Shown: positions 16,806 through 27,102 of the stretch, piece by piece
Layout: every line of letters starts with the position of its first letter
Position numbering within the stretch: position 1 is the first letter of the stretch
Assembly (NCBI GenBank): GCA_016218545.1
Contig: JACRDQ010000030.1
Location: forward strand, 256,172-320,171
Origin: Elusimicrobiota bacterium
GTDB lineage: Bacteria > Elusimicrobiota > Elusimicrobia > UBA1565 > UBA9628
DNA length: 64,000 bases
Direction: 5' to 3'
Made by a program: the position numbers and the translations under genes
The notes under the pieces: model-generated
What the model saw: the letters and a program-made list of their open reading frames with translations, nothing else
What the model was told of the DNA's origin: nothing
Databases searched by the model: none

Positions 16806-17254
16806 TGGGCTACGCCGACCTCATCCGGCGGGCCTGGCGGACCGGGCGCTTCGCCGCCTCGGTCCGGTCGTCCGGGAAGAAGGGCGCCGCGGGCGTCCGT
16901 CCCGGGGAGAGCCGCGGCTCCATCCGCGGCGAGATGGAAGAGATCGTCCGCCGCGAGTCCGCCGACGCGCTCGGCTTCCTCGCGCCGCGCGGGGAGGGAA
17001 TCATGAAGCTCGCACCGTTCGTGAAATTCCGTGAAGAGAAGTTCGGCGCGGTCCTGTTCGAGACCCGTTCCGAGAAGGTGTTCACCCTCAATCCGACGGC
17101 CGCGGACGTGGTGCGGGAGCTCCTCGCCGGCGCCTCGGAGGGCGAGATCGGAGAGCGCCTCAAGGGCCGCTACAGCGACCCCTCGGGCAGGCTCGCCGAC
17201 GAGGCCAAGGCCCTCGTGCGCCAGCTCCGCGACAAGGGGCTCATCGCGGACTAG
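16805..17254 (+). CDS. PqqD/MftB-like peptide-binding chaperone (RRE domain) with ~66-aa N-terminal extension
   Basis: The C-terminal 83 aa (MKLAPFVKFREEKFGAVLFETRSEKVFTLNPTAADVVRELLAG..EGEIGERLKGRY..........ALVRQLRDKGLI) fit the PqqD pattern. The upstream 66 codons have very high GC3, and ATG 16805 overlaps the ispB-like stop (ATGA). ATG 17004 is the alternative start. Confidence 0.7.
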   Translation: MGYADLIRRAWRTGRFAASVRSSGKKGAAGVRPGESRGSIRGEMEEIVRRESADALGFLAPRGEGIMKLAPFVKFREEKFGAVLFETRSEKVFTLNPTAADVVRELLAGASEGEIGERLKGRYSDPSGRLADEAKALVRQLRDKGLIAD

Positions 17255-17255
17255 C

Positions 17256-18254
17256 ATGGCTTCGAGGAAGGACGCGGTCAAGGCCGGAGGCCGGGCGTCC
17301 CGGGCGCCCTTGGAAGAGGCGTTGGCGCCCGGGATGCGGGCGCCGCTCTACATCGGCTGGCAGCTGACCAATGCCTGCGACCTGGCGTGCGTCCACTGCA
17401 TCGAGGAGTCCGGGCCGGGCCGCGCCTTCAAGGACGAGCTGACCCGGGAGCAGGCCTTCCGTATCCTCGAGCAGATCAAGACCGAGCAGGTGCCCTACGT
17501 CGCCTTCTCCGGGGGCGAGCCCTTCCTCCACCCGCACTTCCTGGAACTGGCCGCGTTCCTCGGAGACGCCGGGGTGTCGCTCAAGGTCGAGACCAACGGC
17601 CGCCACCTCACCGAGGCGGCCGCCTCGGCGCTGCGGGACCACGGAGTCCGGGCCGTGCAGGTCAGCCTCGACGGCGCCACCCCCGAGGCCTACCGCAAGG
17701 TGCGGCCCTCCGGCGACCACGCCCGGGTCCTGGCAGGCATCCGCCTCCTGCGCTCCAGGGGCGTGGAGGTGGAGGTCAACTTCGTCCCGACGCGGCACAA
17801 CGTCCATGAGATCGGAGCCGCCGTGGACCTGGCCTTCAGCGAGGGGGTCTCCGGCTTCTACACGGGCAGGCTCATCCTGGCCGGCCACGCCGCCAAGGCG
17901 CGGGACCTGGCCCCGACCCAGGAGCAGTACGACGCCTTCTTCGCGTGCCTCAAGGCCAAGGCCCAGGAGTACAAGGGCCGCATGACCGTGCGCTATCACG
18001 AGCTGGGCATCGCGCAGGAGGTCCGCTACCGCATGGCCAACCCCGCGGCCCTCTTCGTCATCCTGCCCGACGGCAGGGTGAAGCTCCTCAACGCCCTGCC
18101 GTTCGTGTGCGGCGACCTGCGCGAGCAGAGCCTCACCGAGGTCTGGAAGGCCTTCCTCGCGGGCTGGAAGTCGCCGCGGGTGGCCGACTTCGTCGGCCGC
18201 CTGGAGGCCGACCCCGGGCTCCTGCAAGGACTGCACCGATGGATCCCTTTGTGA
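17256..18254 (+). CDS. Radical SAM enzyme A, PqqE/MftC-like, degenerate (Cys-less) SPASM-like C-terminus
   Basis: CxxxCxxC cluster motif in WQLTNACDLACVHCIEESGPG, SAM-binding FSGGEP, and KVETNG. C-terminal remnant ILPDGRVKLLNALPFVCGDLREQSLTEVW. Only 2 Cys lie outside the cluster motif. Confidence 0.8.
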   Translation: MASRKDAVKAGGRASRAPLEEALAPGMRAPLYIGWQLTNACDLACVHCIEESGPGRAFKDELTREQAFRILEQIKTEQVPYVAFSGGEPFLHPHFLELAAFLGDAGVSLKVETNGRHLTEAAASALRDHGVRAVQVSLDGATPEAYRKVRPSGDHARVLAGIRLLRSRGVEVEVNFVPTRHNVHEIGAAVDLAFSEGVSGFYTGRLILAGHAAKARDLAPTQEQYDAFFACLKAKAQEYKGRMTVRYHELGIAQEVRYRMANPAALFVILPDGRVKLLNALPFVCGDLREQSLTEVWKAFLAGWKSPRVADFVGRLEADPGLLQGLHRWIPL

Positions 18255-19198
18255 CCGAGTCCGGCGTGGAGACCGACGGCCGCGCCGCTCCGGCCCGCGG
18301 CGGCGGGAGCGGGCGGCCGAATCTGGCCCTGCGGATGGCGTCTGCGGTGCGCTACCGCTTCTTCCTGTACGCGGGACTCCTCCCGTACTTCCTCGGCGCG
18401 GCCTGGGCCCTGCGCATGGAGGGAGCCTTCGCGCCCGGCCGCTTCTGGCTGGGCCTGCTGGGCATCGGCCTGTCCGTCGTGGGTGTTGAGTCCTTCAACG
18501 AGTACTTCGACGCGCGCATGGGCACGGACCGCGTCTTCAACCCTTCCGACGACGAGTACATCCCCGCCTGGATGCTCTGGCTGGGGGTCGCGGCGTTCGC
18601 GGCCGCGGCGTGCGTGGGCATGGCCCTGGCCCATGCCGGAGGCTGGCCCATCCTCCTCTACATGGGGCTGGGCGGCATGGCCGCGGCCTTCTACGTGGGC
18701 CCGCCTTTCCGCTGGGCCTACCTGGGCCTCGGCGAGACCTCGATCGCCTTGTCCTACGGGCCCTGGATGACCCTGGGCAGCATCCACCTGCACACGGGCG
18801 CTTTCTCCTGGCGCGGCCTGGCGGCCGCGCTCGTGCCCGGCTTGCTGGTGGCGTCGCTCGCCGTGGTCAACGAGATCCCGGATTTCCACCAGGACCGGCT
18901 CGTGGGCAAGCGCAACCTCGTGGTGCGGCTGGGCCGCAGGAACGGGGTCGCCCTGTACCTCGCCCTGGCCGGGGCGGGCTTGGCCGCGTGCTTCGCAGGC
19001 GCGGCCGCGGGCTGGTTCCCGGTCGCGTGCGGCCTGGCCGGGGCCCTGGGCCTGCCGTGCTGGTTCTCGAGCGCTCGGACCGCGGTCAAGGCGTGGGACA
19101 CGCCGCGGCTTTTCGTGCCCGCGGTGCGGGACATCGTGCAGTGCTATCTCGTGACCGTGAGCGCCTTCATCATGGCGCTCGCCGTGAGGCTGCCGTGA
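18239..19198 (+). CDS. UbiA-superfamily aromatic prenyltransferase, MenA-like
   Basis: Polytopic membrane protein. First motif NEYFDARMGTD (NxxxDxxxGxD) and second motif NEIPDFHQDRLVGKRNLVVRLG (NxxxDxxxDxxxGKxxLxVRLG) have the same spacing as in MenA. ATG 18239 overlaps rSAM A by 16 nt. Confidence 0.75.
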   Translation: MDPFVTESGVETDGRAAPARGGGSGRPNLALRMASAVRYRFFLYAGLLPYFLGAAWALRMEGAFAPGRFWLGLLGIGLSVVGVESFNEYFDARMGTDRVFNPSDDEYIPAWMLWLGVAAFAAAACVGMALAHAGGWPILLYMGLGGMAAAFYVGPPFRWAYLGLGETSIALSYGPWMTLGSIHLHTGAFSWRGLAAALVPGLLVASLAVVNEIPDFHQDRLVGKRNLVVRLGRRNGVALYLALAGAGLAACFAGAAAGWFPVACGLAGALGLPCWFSSARTAVKAWDTPRLFVPAVRDIVQCYLVTVSAFIMALAVRLP

Positions 19199-20109
19199 GG
19201 ATCGCGTCCTTCGACGTTCCCCTGGCCGCTGCCTGGCGCCTGACCGACCGGTGCGACCTCTCCTGCCGGCACTGCCTCAACGCTTCCGGGCCCAAGGCTG
19301 ACACGGCCGCCGAGCTCTCCCGGCCCGAGGCTCTCAAGCTGGCCCGGAGCATCGGCTCAGCCCAGGTCCCCTACGTCATCCTCTGCGGGGGCGAGCCCAT
19401 GCTGAGCCCCGACTTCTGGCAGGCGGCCGAGACCCTGGGCGAGGCAGGCGCGTGGCTCAAGGTGGAGACGCACGGCCAGAACCTCGGGCGCACCCAGGCG
19501 GAGCGCCTGGCCAAGCTCCCCATCCGCTCGGTCCAGGTCTCTCTCGACGGGGTCACCCAGCAGGCTTACGAGTCCCTGCGGCCAGGGGCCTCCCTGGCCA
19601 AGACCTTGGAAGCTTGCCGCGAGGTGCGGCGTCAAGGCATGCCCCTCGAGATCTCCTTCGTCCCGGTCCAGGGCAACATCCACGAGGCTCCGGCGGTCAT
19701 CGACCTGGCCCTGGACCTGGGCGCCTTCCGGTTCAACACCGGGACCCTCATCAAGCGCGGCCGCGCCGCAGCCGCTTGGAAGAAGCTCCTTCCTGATGCC
19801 GAGTCCATGGCAGGCTTGCTCGCGGTCCTCACCCGTCGCGAAGCCACCCTGGCCGGGAGGCTCGAGCTCTGCTTCAGGCCTTTCAATTTCGAAGACCAGG
19901 TCCGCGCCGAACGCGCGGAGCCCTCAGGCACGCTCACGATCCTGCCTGACGGCAAGGTCCCTGTCTCGGCCTCCTCGGACGTCGTCTGCGCCGACCTTCG
20001 GACGCAGACGGTCAGGGAGGCCTGGCGCGCTTACTTGGCGGCGCACGGCAAGGGGCCACGATCGGAAAGATGGGTCGGCTCGTGTCTTGAGCCGGCTACC
20101 CGGTCCTAG
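19195..20109 (+). CDS. Radical SAM enzyme B, paralog of A and C
   Basis: WRLTDRCDLSCRHCLNASGP, CGGEP, KVETHG, ILPDGKVPV...VVCADLRTQTVREAW. GTG 19195 overlaps the prenyltransferase stop (GTGA). Confidence 0.75.
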   Translation: MRIASFDVPLAAAWRLTDRCDLSCRHCLNASGPKADTAAELSRPEALKLARSIGSAQVPYVILCGGEPMLSPDFWQAAETLGEAGAWLKVETHGQNLGRTQAERLAKLPIRSVQVSLDGVTQQAYESLRPGASLAKTLEACREVRRQGMPLEISFVPVQGNIHEAPAVIDLALDLGAFRFNTGTLIKRGRAAAAWKKLLPDAESMAGLLAVLTRREATLAGRLELCFRPFNFEDQVRAERAEPSGTLTILPDGKVPVSASSDVVCADLRTQTVREAWRAYLAAHGKGPRSERWVGSCLEPATRS

Positions 20110-20129
20110 GCCGGGATTTAGGAGACAGC

Positions 20130-20255
20130 ATGAGAGACAAGAAGAACGTGACGGATGGAAAGGCGAAGGCCGACAAGAAGCCCGTGTGGCAGACCCCTTC
20201 TCTCGAAGAGGTCACCGAGCGTGTCATGGCCCAGCCGTACATCAGGTTCACGTGA
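20130..20255 (+). CDS. 41-aa candidate precursor peptide, PqqA/MftA-like (MRDKKNVTDGKAKADKKPVWQTPSLEEVTERVMAQPYIRFT)
   Basis: Not in the ORF track because it is too short. A GGAGA Shine-Dalgarno lies 4 nt upstream of ATG 20130. About 82% GC3. Stop TGA 20253-20255 overlaps the GTG start of rSAM C (GTGA). It sits between rSAM genes and downstream of a PqqD-like gene. The W-x2-P-x3-E-V...Y-I-x3 spacing matches PqqA as I recall it. Confidence 0.6.
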   Translation: MRDKKNVTDGKAKADKKPVWQTPSLEEVTERVMAQPYIRFT

Positions 20256-21226
20256 CGCACCCGAGGGGGGCGGCGGTAGGAGACTACCGCGCCCCCCTCT
20301 TTGTCGCGTGGCAACTCACCAACCGCTGCCGCGGCCGCTGCCTGGCCTGCTGCGAGGAATCCGGTCCGGGCAAGGGAATCCGCCAAGGCGGGTCCTGGCA
20401 GGCTGAGCTCACCAAGCAGGAAGCCCTCCGCGTCAGCCGCGACATCGCGGCCTCCGGGGTCTCCTACGTGGCGTTCGGCGGGGGGGAACCCATGGAGGTG
20501 CCGCACTTCTGGGACATCCTCTCCATCCTCTCCAAGGGCGGGGTCCGCATCAAGATCGAGACCAACGGCGGGACCATCGGCCGCTCCCAGGCCAAGCGCC
20601 TCTCCGCCTTGGGCGTGTCCTCCATCCAGATCAGCCTCGACGGCCCCACGGCCCGCGAGCACGAGGCCTTGAGGCCCGGCTCGAGCTTCAACAAAGCGGT
20701 CCGGGCGGTCCGCTGTCTGGCTGAGGAAGGGCTCGGGCCTGAGGTCGTGTTCATCCCCATGAAGAGGAACGTGGGCCAGGCCGTCAAGGTCTACCGATTG
20801 GCGGCCAGTCTCGGAGCCAGGGTGCTTGCGACCGGCCCTCTCATGCGCCTGGGACGCGCCGGAGCAGCATGGAAGGAACTCGCCCCGTCGGCCGGGCGAT
20901 GGCGGACCGCGGTCCGGGCGCTCAAGGCCGAGGCCGCCCGTGCCAAGGCAGGGCCCAAGCTCTCCATCTATCCCTGGGGCATCCAGAGGGAGATCGAGAC
21001 CAGGCTCGAGCATCCCCAGGCCATGGTCCTCGTGGTGCCTGACGGCAAGGTCAAGCTCCTCAATGCCCTCCCTTTTGCTCCAGGCGACCTGCGGCGACAC
21101 TCCCTGGCCCAGGCCTGGACGCGCTGCCTCGGAGCTTGGCGCGACCCCAAGGTGCGGGCTTTCTGCCGCAAGGCCGTGAAGGACCCCGGGCTCCTGGCGC
21201 ACGCCAACGAATGCTGGCCCGCCTAA
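20252..21226 (+). CDS. Radical SAM enzyme C, paralog of A and B
   Basis: WQLTNRCRGRCLACCEESGPG, FGGGEP, KIETNG, VVPDGKVKLLNALPFAPGDLRRHSLAQAW. There is no in-frame ATG upstream of the motif, so the start is placed at GTG 20252. Confidence 0.75.
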   Translation: MTHPRGAAVGDYRAPLFVAWQLTNRCRGRCLACCEESGPGKGIRQGGSWQAELTKQEALRVSRDIAASGVSYVAFGGGEPMEVPHFWDILSILSKGGVRIKIETNGGTIGRSQAKRLSALGVSSIQISLDGPTAREHEALRPGSSFNKAVRAVRCLAEEGLGPEVVFIPMKRNVGQAVKVYRLAASLGARVLATGPLMRLGRAGAAWKELAPSAGRWRTAVRALKAEAARAKAGPKLSIYPWGIQREIETRLEHPQAMVLVVPDGKVKLLNALPFAPGDLRRHSLAQAWTRCLGAWRDPKVRAFCRKAVKDPGLLAHANECWPA

Positions 21227-22286
21227 TCCAAGCAGGCTGAGAAGAGCGCGGGGAGCTCGCCGAGCCTGCCCGCCTCGGCGAGCTTGCCCAGGTCGAAGAG
21301 GATGAGGCCTCCGGAGCCTCCCTGCCAGGCGGCGTCGGCGGCGGCCCTGAGCTCGCCGGGTCCGAGGGGATGCTCCGCGTCTCCCACGAAGATGATGGGC
21401 CAGACCGGCTTGCCCGAATCGGCCTTGACGGCCATGGAGGCGTCCGTGATCCAGGACGCGGGCCTGCGCAGGAGCGCGTGGTACGCCATGGGCGAGACCA
21501 CGTCCGCTGCCCTGCCCATGAGGCGGTGGTCCTGGCCGAGGATCTCGAGGACGGCCCCGCGCTTCTCCGAGCGCTCCCAGGGCACGGCGAAGTAGCCCAC
21601 CAGGGCCGCGGGGTCGGCCGCGTGGACCGCGTCTGCGACCTCGCTGACGAGGCCCGCGATGCTCGCGGTCTTGAACGCGGTCCAGCGCTCCTTGTGGTCC
21701 GACAGGATCCAGCGCGCCTTCTCCCTGGCCGTGAGCTCCTCCGGGACCGCGACCCCGGTTTCCTTGCGGAACTCCCTCAGGCACACCGGGCAGAAGCAGG
21801 TCTGCTCGAGATGGGGCTCGGGGACCTCCCAGTGGCCGGGATAGCGGATGAAGTCGAGCCACACGCCGTCGACTTCCTGCTTGCGCACCAGGGACACGGC
21901 GCGCTTCTTGATGTCCAGCCTGAGCCAAGTCTGGTTGGGGCAGACGGCGGCGTACCACTTGACCTTGGCGAGGGGTTCGCCGACCTCGCTGACCGGCCTG
22001 CTCTCGGGCCGCGTCTTCCAATGACGCTCTCCCGCGAAGGCTGTGAGCTCCGCGAACACGCGGATGCCACGGCCGCGCAGGGCCTTGCGGAGGAGCGGGT
22101 CCTTGTAGCCGCCGAAGACCGCGTTCACGCCCCAGGAGGAGAGGGCCTCGGCGATCCGCTCCGGGGTCTTGCCCTTGAAGGCCGCGGACTTGGGGTCGAA
22201 GCCGTAGACCCCGCACACCGGTCCGGCGTCAGCGGCAAGAGCGGGCTGGACCGCGAGGATGAGGCCGGCGAGGATGAGGAGGAGCA

Positions 22287-22287
<1 letters not shown>
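21223..22287 (-). CDS. Secreted glycoside-hydrolase-like TIM-barrel protein (GHL-type family), hypothetical
   Basis: Short signal peptide (LLLILAGLILAVQPALA), DGVWLDFIRYPGHWE and a CFCPVC motif. It is the C-terminal third of track ORF 21223..23874. Start placed at GTG 22287, next to the purH stop. Confidence 0.5.
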
Positions 22288-26316
<4,029 letters not shown>

Positions 26317-26322
<6 letters not shown>

Positions 26323-26961
26323 GCGCGGGCGCTTCTGGATGGACTCGGCCAGGGCGGCGAGCTCGGCGCGGTGCCGGCTCTCAAGGGACGCCAGCGCGAG
26401 CCGGCGGGACTCGCGCTCGTGCGCGACCTGGTGCTCCAGCCGCTCGCGCTCCTCTTGGGCCAGGACCTGGACCTTGCGCACGGTCCGGCTGGCCGCCTCC
26501 TCGAGCGACTTCTTCAACGCCTCCAGCTCGGCCGCGTGCTCGGCTTTGAGGGCGGAGAGGCGCTCCTTGTAGGACTGCCGCAGGGAGAGCGCGCCGGCCC
26601 CGACCTCGGGGCTCTCCAGATCCTCGCGGGAGGGCGCCGCCGGAGCCTCCTCCGGGGCGGCCTCGGCCCGCGCGGTCTCCAGGCGTTCCGCCAGGGTCTT
26701 GGCAAGGACCTCGGACTCCTGGAGCTTGGCGGCGTAGTAGTTGAAGGTCCGCTGGAGGGCGCGCAGGTCCTCCAAGGCCGCCCGCTTCTCCCTGGACTCG
26801 GTCTCGGACTTGCCCCGTAGCGCGTCGCGCTCGCTCTCGACCGCCCGGATCCGCTCCAGGGCCCAGCGCAACGCCAGACGCGCGGTCTGGAGGTCCGCGA
26901 TGGCCTCGATCTCCGAGGAGTCCTTGGGCAGGAGGCGCCTGGGTTTGGGCGATTCTTCCAT
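26317..26961 (-). CDS. Coiled-coil hypothetical protein
   Basis: This is the C-terminal 214 codons of track ORF 26317..29004 (MEESPKPRR...), Glu/Arg/Leu/Ala-rich with heptad character. The rest of that ORF is antisense to speA and was rejected. Confidence 0.5.
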
Positions 26962-27089
26962 GGGAGCTAAGCCCTGGAATGGTAGCCTTTTGGTGTTAAA
27001 TTTTTTAGGTCCCTTCCCCGGGAGGGGTCCCCCCGGGGCGGACGACGCTTCTCCCGTCGACGATCCGCCTTTTGCGGCTGGGGTTTTTG

Positions 27090-27095
27090 TATAAT
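27090..27095 (+). promoter_or_regulatory. Candidate -10 box (TATAAT) 7 nt upstream of speA ATG; leaderless candidate
   Basis: The sequence reads tttttgTATAATctccgtcATG, with no SD. Confidence 0.4.
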
Positions 27096-27102
27096 CTCCG
27101 TC

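Noticed and set aside
20096-22216. 706-aa minus-strand ORF spanning rSAM C and the GHL gene
   Set aside because: It is antisense to rSAM C and out of frame with the real minus-strand gene. Its Arg/Gly/Pro composition shows no motifs.
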